A stretch of DNA of 64,000 bases, taken from NCBI RefSeq assembly GCF_009914755.1, contig NC_060930.1; one strand, 5' to 3'. The position numbers were made by a program, and so were the translations under genes. How positions within the stretch are numbered: the stretch's first letter is position 1; every line of letters starts with the position of its first letter. Shown here piece by piece: positions 52,612 to 64,000 of this stretch. A model generated the notes under the pieces. That model saw only the letters and a list, made by a program, of their open reading frames with translations. It did not search any database and was not told the DNA's origin. The stretch is from the human T2T-CHM13v2.0 reference genome, Homo sapiens.

Positions 52612-55119
52612 CTTCAGAGGACGAATTAAATTGTCCCAAAACCTCAACTACTGAGATAACTGATATTAAAAGCAGAAAATTATAATAGGGCAATTACATG
52701 TTAGCAACATTTAAACAGAAGGCAAGCGACATGTTTTGATGGAGTAAGTGGTTATATACTTCAAAAAAAATCTTTTACTAAAGCCTGCCTTTGTTACTGA
52801 TCTCCCCTAACAATTTTTCCCTTTCTGACTAAAACATGTCTTACATATTTTGTGAATGATAACAGTTCTTTGACCGCAGAGCAATGATAAGCTACTACTT
52901 TATTACAGCAAGGAGTTTCTAGTGACTAAAAGGCAATCCTGTTTAAATGGCCAAGTTGGATTATAGCCCTATTTTACATTACACATTATTAAACATATTA
53001 TTAATAATTAGATACAAGATTTTATTTGAGAATCTGGATCAAAACTCTAGAAATATACTGGGGATATCCCTAAACTGACTAAGCAAGCCCTGAATCAAAT
53101 GAGGAAAATAACCTGGTATGTCTTACTTTACTCTGCATTTACCTAAATTAAAATTTTAATATCTGACATACTGGAGATTTGAGATGATAATTATATTCAG
53201 TGATGGAAAAATAAGCAAAATTATAGTTTTACATATTGAATTTGCAGGTTGTGAAAATTATATCCTTTTACACAAAAATTAATAAATATAAAATAAACAT
53301 AATAAAATTAATAAGTACAAAATTAATATTTTCTCTGTAAATTGTGATTATTTTACATAATTCTGAGGAATATGGCATTTTATTGAGTTGTATATTGATC
53401 TAAAAGAGGGGTCTGATGAAAATGTGATGAAGTTCATTATACAATGAAGAATCAAAATAATTATTAAAAGTGCACTGTATTATTTTAATATTTCTTTCAA
53501 ATGTTTATTTTTGTATAACAAAAGTATATGTTTTGAAATTCTGGTGATTTTAAAAAATGAAGTCATGAAGTGTTTCCAGTTTGCACGCTGGAAAGAAAGG
53601 ACAGAGTTACTGGGTGCTCCCAAAAAACCTGGTCAAACTGTTATAAAATAAAATAAGATAATATCATGAAACTGTTTGGAAGATAGCATCAATTCAACAC
53701 ATTTCTTTGAAACTGAATCTATACTAACATAGTCTACCTCATACTACTAACTATGCTTTATTTTGGTCAAAACTACATTCCAAGAAGTTCAATAGACAAA
53801 ATTATGATTGATAGCATTAGAGTTGTATGAGAGCTTGGATGAAAACACTAATTGCAGTAGATTACTTACAGGGATCAATATGAAAATGTAAAGTGACATT
53901 AGTCCTCTAACTCAGGATTATATTAAAATGTGATTTAAGAAACAGTGGGTAATTTAATAATTTTTAAATAAATCACTATTCTTCAACATAAAACTACTGC
54001 AAGAATATTAAACAGAGGATAGCAACATTCCACGGGCTGCCAATGCATTTCCAATTCAAATAGAAGCAAATCAGAAAATCTTATTATATTAGCCCACATC
54101 TTTTCTTCCAGTTTTATTGAAGTATAATTGACAAATAAAATTGTATCATAGTAAGGTATATAATGTGATGTTTTGATATAAGTATACATTGTGAAATAAT
54201 TACCAGGAGAAAATTAATTAACACATTTATTGCCTCACATAGGTACCTTATTTTTTGGAAGAGAATACATAAGAACTAATCTGTTATCAAATTTCAAATA
54301 TACAACACAGTTTTATTAACTATAGTCATAGTGATAGTATAAATAGTCTACATAGTACATATAGTCATAGTATAGATTTAAAGTCTCTACATTGAATCTC
54401 CAAAACTAATAACTGAAACTTTGTTTACTTGATCACTAGCTCTTCATCTTAATCCCACCTCCTAACCCCGGGCAACTGCAATTTTACTCTCTGCTTCTGT
54501 GAATTTGACTTTTTGGATTTCAAGCATAAGTGAGATAATACAGTATTTGGCTTTTTGTACCTGCTTTGTTTCATTTATCATTATGTTTTTCAGTTTTATT
54601 CATGGTGTTGCCAATGGCAGAATTTTCTTCCTTTCTAAGGTTGAGTAATATTCCATTGTGTATCTATACCATATTTTTTATCCATTCATCTGTTGATGGA
54701 CATTCAGGTTGTTTCCATATTTTGGCTATTGTAAATGAAGCTCCAATGAACATGAGCACAGATCTGTTTTTGAGATTCTGATTTAATTTCACTTGGATAT
54801 ATATTCAGAAGTAGAATTGCTAGATATGATAGTTCTATTTTTAATTTTTTAAAGAAACTCCACACTGTTTTCCATAATGGTTATGCCAATTTTCATTCCC
54901 ACCAACAGTGTACAAATATTTACATTTCTCCACTTCTGAACCAACACTTATCTTTTGTCTTTTTGGTAATACCCACTCTAACGGGTGTGGTGTGATTTAT
55001 CACTGTGGTTTTGATACATGTTTCTCTAATGATTAGTGCTAATGAGCACCTTTTTATACACTTGTTGGCTATTTGCATTTCTCCTTTGGAGAATTATCTA
55101 TTCATGTCTTTGTCCAGTT

Positions 55120-55269
55120 ATTTTATTTAATTTTATTTTACGTTCCAGGGTACATGTGCAGGATGTGCAGGTGTATTACATAGGTAAATGTGTGACATGG
55201 TGATTTGCTGTTCCTATCAACCCATCACCTAAGTATTAAGCCCAGCATGCTTTAACTATTTTTCCTGAT
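55120..55269 (-). mobile_element. 150-bp L1PA (about PA10-13) 3'-end insertion
   Basis: ttccagggtacatgtgcaggatgtgcagg ... aacccatcacctaagtattaagccc. TSD tattcatgtctttgtccagtt 55099-55119 vs tattcctgtctttgcttagtt 55270-55290 (17/21). Confidence 0.9.
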
Positions 55270-55293
55270 TATTCCTGTCTTTGCTTAGTTTTT

Positions 55294-55440
55294 ATGTTTT
55301 TGTGAATTTAATTTATTTTACACATTTTTCAAATCATTGTGGTAAGACAGGCAGAATTGAAATGAGTCTATGTGCATGTCTGTTTCATTCCATTTTATGT
55401 GAAAAGGGATGGCCCTGGACTGAGTCCAAATTGACAGAAG
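55294..55440 (-). pseudogene. Short retroposed non-L1 sequence (truncated mRNA retrocopy or orphan 3' transduction)
   Basis: Interrupts collinear L1MA sequence. On the minus strand: AATAAA (55312-55317), 10 nt, then an A-rich tail. Flanking repeats ctttgcttagttttta 55279-55294 vs ctttgctaatttttta 55441-55456 (14/16). Confidence 0.6.
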
Positions 55441-56046
55441 CTTTGCTAATTTTTTAATGAAATAATGTGTTTCTTAAACTATTAAGTTATGTAAGTTCTT
55501 TATATATTTTGGATATCAAATCCTTTATCAGAAATATAGTTTGCAAATATAGTTTGCTTTGTAATACATTTTGATATAAGGAAGTTGGTGCATCTAACTT
55601 TGATTTTCTTTCTCATGATTGTTTTGATACTCGGGATCTTTTTTGGTTCTATATAAATTTTAGGATTTTTTTTCACATTTTTGTGAATATTCGCCATTGG
55701 AATTTTGATAGGGATGGCATTGAATCTGTAGATTGCTTTTGCAAACCATATATCTGACATATAAGGACATTATAACAATAGTAATTCAATCAGTGAACAT
55801 GGGGTATTTTTCCATTTATTGTGTCTTCTTCAATTTATTTCATCAATGTTTTACAGTTTTCAGTGTACAGGTCTTTCATTTCCTTGGTTAAATTTAATCT
55901 TAAATACTTTTGTAATGCTATTATAATTAGATTATTGTTTTCATAATCTGTTGTTAATGTATTAAAAACAACAAAAATTTGCATAATGATTTTGTATCTC
56001 GCAACTTTATTGAATTCATTTGTTAGTTTAAACAGTTCTCTGGTGA

Positions 56047-56347
<301 letters not shown>

Positions 56348-58051
56348 TAGGTTCTTTTATAAACAAGATCATACTATTTGCAAACAGAGGCAATTTTACT
56401 ACTTCCTTTCTGATTTGAACAACTTTTATCTTTTTCCTGCCTTTTAACTCTGAGTATGACTTGCAGCCCTATATTGAATAGAAGTGCTTACAGTGGGCAT
56501 TCTTGTCTTGTTCCTGATCTGAGACAAAAGGCTTTTAACCATTAGGTAAGATGATAGCTGTGGGTTTGTTGTACACGGTTGTTAGTGTGTTGATGTATAT
56601 TTTTCTGTACCTAATTTGATGAGTTTTTACAATTAAAAATGTTGAAATTTGGAAAATGCTTGTTCTGAATTAATTAAGATAATTATAAGATTTAAATCTT
56701 CATTCTGTTAAAGTGGTATATAACACGTATTTATTTTCATGTGTTGAACCATCCTTGCAGCCCAGGAATAAATTCCACTTGATCATGGTAATGCTTCTTT
56801 TACTGGGCTGTTGATTTTAGTTCGCTAGAATTTTGTTGTTAATTTTTGCATCTGTGTTTATCGGAAATACTGGCCAGTAGTTTCCTTTTCTTGTAGAAAA
56901 AGAAATCTGGCTTTGATATTAAAGTAATACTAGCCTCATAAAATAAGTTTGGAAGTATTTGCTCTTATTCAAGTTTTGGGAAATGCTTGAGGAGGTTTGG
57001 TGTTAATTCTTCTTTAAATGTTTGATAGAATTCACTTGGGAAGCCATTTGGTCCTAGGCTTTTCTTTGTTGGGAAGTTTTTGATTACTGCATCAATCTCT
57101 TTACTCATATTGATTGGTTCAGATTTTCTATTTCTTTGTGGTTTAGTCTTGGAAGACTGTAAGTTTCTAGGGATTTTTCTGTTTCACTAGATTATCCAAT
57201 GTAATAGTACATAATCTGTTCACAATAATATCTCATGATCCTCTCTATCTCTCTGGTATCAGTTGAAAGCCTTATCTTTCATTTAGAATCTTGTTTACTT
57301 GAGCTTTTTAAAAGTATTTCCTTAGATTTAGTCTAAGTAAAATTTTGATAATATTTGCAAAAAAATCCTCAGTTTTGCTGAACTTTTCTATTGTTTATCT
57401 GGTCTCTATTTCATTTATTACTGCTTGAATATTTATTATTTACTTATTTTTGCTCACTCGGGCTTAGTTCGTAAATTTTTTTCTTATTCTTTGAGTTGTA
57501 AAGTTAGGCTTACTTAAGACTTTTCTTTTTTCTTAACATAGGCATTTATTGGTATAAACTTTCTTAGAACTGCTTTTGCTGTGTCTCATAAGTTCTACTG
57601 TTGTATTATCACTTTTATTTGTCTCAAGGTATTTTTATTTCTGTTTTAATTTCTTTTTATCAATTGGTTGTTCTGAAGTGTACTATTTTATTTCCACAAA
57701 TTTGTGAATTTTCTAATTTTTATCCTGTTATTGATTTTTAGTTTCATACCATTGTGGTTAGAAAAGATAACTGGTGTAATTTCAATCTTTTGTAGCCCAA
57801 CATATCCTTGGATAATGTTCTAAGTCGCTTGAATGTATATTCTGCTACTGTTGGATAGAATGTTTTATATATATCTGTTAAGTCCATCTTGTCTATGTTA
57901 TTCAAATCTGCTGTTTCCTTATTAGTTTTATGTTTGAATGATCTATCTGTTGCTGAAAGTGGGGTATTGAAGTCCCTTACTATTATTGCATTGCTGTCTA
58001 TCTCTCCCTTCAATTCTGTTAATATTTGCTTTAAATATTTTGGTTCTCCAA

Positions 58052-58424
<373 letters not shown>

Positions 58425-58732
58425 TTATAGCTTCCTGATGACCCACTTAACATTGTATGATGAATTTATTTGTCTCCTTTTACAGATTTAAACTTAAAGA
58501 CTAATTTTTTTCTGGTATAACTATGTTCACCCTGCTCTCTTTTGGTTATTATTTGCATGAAATATCTTTTTCTATCCTTTCACATTCAGTCTATTAACCC
58601 TAAAATAAATTTTTGTTTTTTTTAAATTTTTATTTTTTTAGGCAGCATATTGCTGGATCTTGTTTTTAAAAAATCCATTCAGCCACTGTATTTATTTTGT
58701 TTAGAGAATTTAATTTATTTACATTTAAAGTA

Positions 58733-58805
58733 CGTATGGTCCTGAACTCTCAATGGTAGATCTATAATTTATTTATTTTATGATGGTGCCAAAGCTATAA
58801 GCATT
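58733..58805 (+). mobile_element. Terminal fragment of a Tigger-family (MER47-like) DNA transposon at a TA site
   Basis: TA/cgtatggtcctgaactctcaatggt ... ttttatgatggtgccaaagctataagcatt resembles the remembered MER47 start cagatggtccccgacttacgatggtt ... tttacgatggtgcgaaagcgatacgcatt. Confidence 0.6.
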
Positions 58806-59181
58806 ACCTTGTATGTGATGAGTTGCTTTTCTCTTGCTTTCAAAAGTTTCTTCTTTGTCTTTAACTTTTGAAAATTTGATTATAATATGTCTTGATATAA
58901 TTCAGGGGAGAGATTACATGTTTGGAAACCTTAGAGCTTTGTTAACCTAGATATTCATATCCTTCCAAGATTTGGGAAGTTTTCAGACACAATTTCTTTT
59001 CATGAGCTTTCTTCTCATTTCTCTCCCTTTTCTCCTCCTGGAACTGTTATAATCTGTATTTTGGTTCACTTGCTGGTGCACCATAAATCCCATACTTTAA
59101 CTTGTCATTCTTTTTTTCCTTTCTCCTCCTCTGACTGTATGATTTCAATGACCTGTCTTTGAGTTCACAGATTCTTTTATT

Positions 59182-59287
59182 TTTTATTTTTATTTTTGTA
59201 GGCAACATATTGCTGGATCTTGTTTTTTAAAAAATCCATGTAGACACTGTATTTATTTTTTTGAATTTATTTACATTTAAAGTACAC
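59182..59287. repeat. Displaced second copy of 58639-58733 within the same L1MA
   Basis: Shared taggca(g/a)catattgctggatcttgtttt...aaaaatccat ... cactgtatttatttt ... aatttatttacatttaaagtac. Flanked by ttcttttatt at 59172-59181 and 59288-59297. Confidence 0.9.
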
Positions 59288-62200
59288 TTCTTTTATTCTT
59301 TTATTGAGTCTGCTGTTGAAACTTTCTATTGCATCTTTGTAGTTCATTTATTGTATTAATCAGCTCCAGATTTTCTGTTTGTTCTTTTTATGATTTTTAG
59401 CTCTGTTAAACTTATTGTTTTGTTCATGTATTGTTTTCCTGAAAACATTGAGTTGTTTATTTATATTCTCTTGTAGCTTGCTGAGCTTCCTTAAAACAAT
59501 TATTTTAAATTATTTTTCAGGACATTTGTAGATTTCTGTTTCTTTGGGATTGGTTACTGAAAAATTATGTTTTCTTTGATGGTGTCCTGTTTACTTAATT
59601 TTTTTGTGTTCCTTGAATTCTGACACTTCTATCTTTGCATTTGAAGAAGTAGTCACCTCCTCCAGTCTTTATTGACTGGCTTCAGGAGACAAATTACTTC
59701 ACCCATCAGCCCCACTAAGGTTTCTGGGGCCTTTCAGGCCTTTTCACACTAATCCTCTTGTTTCCCTCCTGGGGAGAACTCAGGACTCTATGTCTTCTCT
59801 TGATCCTGAAAAGCCAAATCGGGTGTGGAGAGCTTTCTATTTATTTTCCCCAGGGTTATTCCGTAAAGTGTTCAACGTTATGCATCTTCTCCGATCCAGC
59901 AGAACTAGGGGGGCAGGGGAGGAATATGAGAAATGCGGAAGTGCAATGAGCTGTCTGGGTATGTTGTCAGAGAGATTTGCCCTGTGAACTTTGTGGGCAG
60001 GCTTTCTGGTGGAGTCCACAGTTGGTTAGTAGAAACTGCAGCCCTTTGCTGAAATCTCTGTCTGTGTTGCTATGAGCCCTCTCCCCTTTCCTCTGCTCTT
60101 ATCTGTCCACAGACTATTCTTCGCTTTGATCCCCTCAGTGATCTGGATGAGGAGAGAAAGAAGTAGGCCTCCTGGGCAGTGTTCTGGTCACTATGCTCTC
60201 ACTGTCTTCTGTGAGAGGAATCATGGGCCAAAGGGGTCTCTCTTAGCACTGAGCTGTGCAACCTCGAGGGAGGGGTGATTCAGGTAAAGTCAAACTCTAC
60301 ATCTTAGCCTACTTAAGGTGCCATATTCTGGGATTTTCTCCTCCACCTCTGTGCTGAGACCTCTCTGCTACACTCCCGAGTTCCCACAGAGGTACTCTCA
60401 TCCATGGGTGGTTGTTGAAATCAATTTGTGTGTGTTGGTGGGAAGAAGGGGTGATGAGGGCTGAAAACTCCTATTCTAACAGCTTGCTAACATCACTTAT
60501 AGCCCTTATCTTACTAATTCTATTTCAACAAAATTTCTTTTAAACAGAAGATGTTTTACTAGTACTTTAAAATAATTTAGAAATTCTTGGATTATAAAAC
60601 CAATGACATTAGGGAACCAGAATACTAAAGTGTTACATTTTCCTTGATCCAATCTCTCACCCAGAACTTGGAAAAATATCTCCAATGGACTGTATATAAG
60701 CTTGGCACCAAATTTCCAATTTGAAAACAGAGAAATGATAATGTATTAGAATGAGGCTGTATTAAAGCCAAATAATTTGAGTCACTAAATTTGCTGAACA
60801 TTTGCCATGTGCAAGATGTTGCTCCAGGCTGAGGAGGACATTATTTGAAGATGAAAGTTTAGTAAGACCTGATATGTAGGAATTTATCATATTGTTGAGA
60901 ACAAACAAAAATAGATCACAAAATATGCAGAATTATATTCAAACATATGCATAATCAACATAATGTAAGGGAAACTAGATAATCAAAAAAAGGATTAGTG
61001 AACCACAGGTAAAGCAACTAATGCATTATAGATTGTGAAAAAGCAAGAGAGAAAAAGTCAAAGTTTATTTTTCTTTTCAAATTAAGATAGGAAATATAGG
61101 TCAAATAAATTGATAAATATTAATATATTCTCAAACTGCCAGATTAAACTAATACCTAACTGCCTTCTAATAAGTATTTCTCTAAATAATATTTGGATGA
61201 CGTTCGTATTTCAAATTCCTTAAGCAACCACTTCAACAAATACTATGGCATAGTCTTTGCCTGGCATGTTAGATTCAGGTAATTGTGCCATTTCCAAAAT
61301 AATTAAAAGCTCTATTACATACAGAGGAATTTATAGCCTTTTATTCCTCTAATCATTCAGGAAGTATGAAATAAGTATATTCTATAGGCAAGGTACAGCC
61401 ATAGGAAATGATCATTTCAATGGTAAAAACAAAACAAAACAAAACAGAAAAGAATTGCCACCAGACTTAAATAAAATTACAGTTCTCGCCTTTCCATACA
61501 TCGATGTTCTCTTTTCTTTCTTTCTATACCCTCCACTTTCCTCCTGTCTCTAACTCATCTTTTCATTGACTCAAGGTAGATTTAGGGACTTTTCTGGCTA
61601 ACTAGAATTATGGCATGAGAGGAAATTACCTTTTGCAATATAAAGAAAAGCAGAAGTGAAAATTTTTTATTAAAATACGTTTATTCCACCAAATGTCACC
61701 CAAAAAGTAACATACTACTAGAATCTCTGCCAAGTGTAACAAATAGTAGAGAAAAACAGATATGGGCCTGCTTTTATTGAGCTTAAAATCTAGCAAGAAC
61801 AACATATATTAAATAACTAGTAGTAGACAGAATTATTTTAGGAAAATTATGATAGATGTTATGGAAACATCATAGGCTTTACTTAAGGAATAAGACAAAT
61901 TGTCTGAAATACAAGAAGCAATGATAAAATTAAAAAGCAAATGTTTAGTAATGGAAGAAAACACTTTTTGTTATTAATATAATACTAATATAATCATAAA
62001 GATAATTTATAAGAATAACAAATGATAAGACTAAAATATGGTTCAATTATAGCATGTAAGTTGAGAAAGGGACAATGATACCTTAAAGTGTGCTGAGCTC
62101 TATTGTCCATGTGTGTATTTAGAATATATTGCCTAACTTTAGATGCTTAGAAGCATAAAGTTAACCACTGAAAGAACAGAAAAATATATAAATTCCAAGC

Positions 62201-62329
62201 AAAAAGAGAATAAAATATAAACAAAAACAGAACAAGAACTGATAAGTAAATAATAAAGTGGGAACAACAAATACAATTTTTTTCCTAGAATTAGATTGTA
62301 AAGGTGAACAGAAAATAAAGTAGTAAAAT

Positions 62330-62710
62330 ATTCCACGACAGGATTTGTAGATGGGACTATGGATTCAAGAATTATTTTTTAAGAAAAATTTTAGCAGGAG
62401 ATGCTAAAAATTGTTTATATGCTAGTAGTTCAGCAGCTGTGAGGGCAAAAATAATGATGCTGGGTAGAGTGTATGAATGAGCTTGAATTTCTTGAAAAGG
62501 TGAGAGGGAACTGGCTGTACAGCTCAGGTAGAGGGAACAGTCTCTGCTAATCATGTCCTACATCGTAACAGGAAGGAAGGAGGAAACGGTGGGTGTGAGT
62601 GTAGTAGATTTGTAGTTGGTAGTGGAAATATAAGAGATTTATATCTAATAGTTTCATCTTTCTCACCGAATTTTTAGACAAAATCACCAGCTGAAAGGAA
62701 GGATAAACAG
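62330..62710 (-). mobile_element. L2 fragment
   Basis: gttgtttatatgcta-like start at about 62410, ttcttgaaaaggtgagaggga, and tctaatagtttcatctttctc ... tcaccagctgaaagg resemble reverse L2. Confidence 0.5.
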
Positions 62711-63040
62711 GTGGCTGGTGGTTCTGGGTTGCATGTTTGTTTGGCACCTAGCTGAGTATAAGGAAAATTAAAGGGGAAAAAAAAAAAGAAAACCTAGAAA
62801 ACTCACTGTATTTTGTTTCTCAAGTTCCAAGGCCTCAAATCAACCTCTTTTCTTCTTTTTAAATTTCAGGGTCCCTTCATCATTATTTATTTCCAGGTTC
62901 TTTTAGCATATTTTGAGGAGAGGAGCAGAAAATGTGAGTCTTCACCATCTTTTCCCAGAAGCGAAAGCTGTGTGATGTCTTGTATTATTTTAAACAGCAT
63001 AATTTAGGGCAATGAAAGCTAAACTTTTATACCTTTGCAG

Positions 63041-63307
63041 ATTAAGGGAAACTGCTATGTGAAAACCATAATCAATTAATCAGAGGGGGGTACTTACACT
63101 TTATAAATTCTAGAGCAAAAATTAGAATTAAGCTTTTGGACTGACATCCTTTTTGTAGTTTATAAGAATTGACTATGCTACAAAACAAACACTTGTGAAT
63201 CTATTAAATTCTCAAGCTCTTGAGACACACAGCACACAAAAATGTGGGTGCACAAGCACAGAAAATCTAGTTTCTCCATGCAATAGGGAGTCTGTAGAAT
63301 CTGTCAG
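63041..63307 (+). other. Candidate non-coding exon
   Basis: Acceptor gctaaacttttatacctttgcag (AG 63039-63040) and consensus donor CAG/gtgagt at 63307/63308. Confidence 0.25.
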
Positions 63308-64000
63308 GTGAGTAGTGTGGAATCAATGGGAAAAATAATAAAAAGAAAGAGAAAGTAACTAAAGTAGAAGAATGTGGAGGAAAAAGGGAGAAAGTCTAAA
63401 TCTGCTGCTGCAATTTTGTCTTTTTTATTTTTTCTGGTTATTTCTCCCAAAAAAATGCCTAAATCCAATAATGGCTTTCTCCATTCTACAGGTTGAAAAA
63501 CTTACTAGCTTTTCTGTTTTATGAATTAGAATGCTTCCTAAATGCATCTCTATTTCATCACCAAACAAAAGGTGTGAATGCATTTATAATAGCTTAAATA
63601 ATGCTGTGTCTACATGCCTACTAGGATAATAGTTGAAAAGTAATTAAATTTAGGATAAAATGTCCTAGTGGTAGCTTGAATAAAAACTTTCTGATTGGTT
63701 AAGGAAATTACAGATATATAACATCCTACATCAAGCTACATTAAGCAAGTATTTTAATTGCCTGATACCTCTGTTCCCCTCATGGCACAGTTTCTTCCCC
63801 TCAATTAATATTATTTCTTTCTTTTTCTATTTCACACCCCCTTTTACTTCTACCTTCTATTTTCTGACAATGCAGTCTTATGAACTTATCTGAGAGAAAT
63901 GTCACTAACAGATTGTAAAAGTATATTTTTTCTCACCTTTCAGACTCCTTAACACTGTTTGCTATAATTTTCACATGGATCACCTGAAGACCGTTTATTT

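Overview
AT-rich, CpG-poor primate genomic DNA. AluY and an L1PA3/4-type LINE point to an ape or Old World monkey, probably human; I cannot place it on a chromosome. No cellular protein-coding gene, rRNA, tRNA or CRISPR array is recognisable. The ORF-track hits are decayed LINE-1 ORF1/ORF2, Alu- or LTR-derived, or chance ORFs. Roughly half the window is interspersed repeat. This includes two ancient L1M elements with both ends and degenerate target-site duplications (TSDs), a near full-length L1PB nested in an L1PA14-16, and two twin-primed (5'-inverted) L1s. There is also a young truncated L1PA, five Alus, MaLR/ERVL solo LTRs, and MIR/L2 and DNA-transposon relics. I do not see a new multi-gene system. 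The best second-look items are: a ~150 bp non-repeat, polyadenylated, TSD-flanked insert inside an L1MA (55294-55440); a ~103 bp duplication of local sequence 5.8 kb apart (33456 vs 39222); an intra-L1 duplication ending at a Tigger terminus; several fold-back repair scars; candidate + strand lncRNA exons (best 49720-49950); and a compact ETS/GATA/AP-1/RUNX motif cluster at 8257-8398. Repeat subfamily names come from remembered consensus sequences, boundaries without a TSD are approximate, and all need RepeatMasker/Dfam confirmation.
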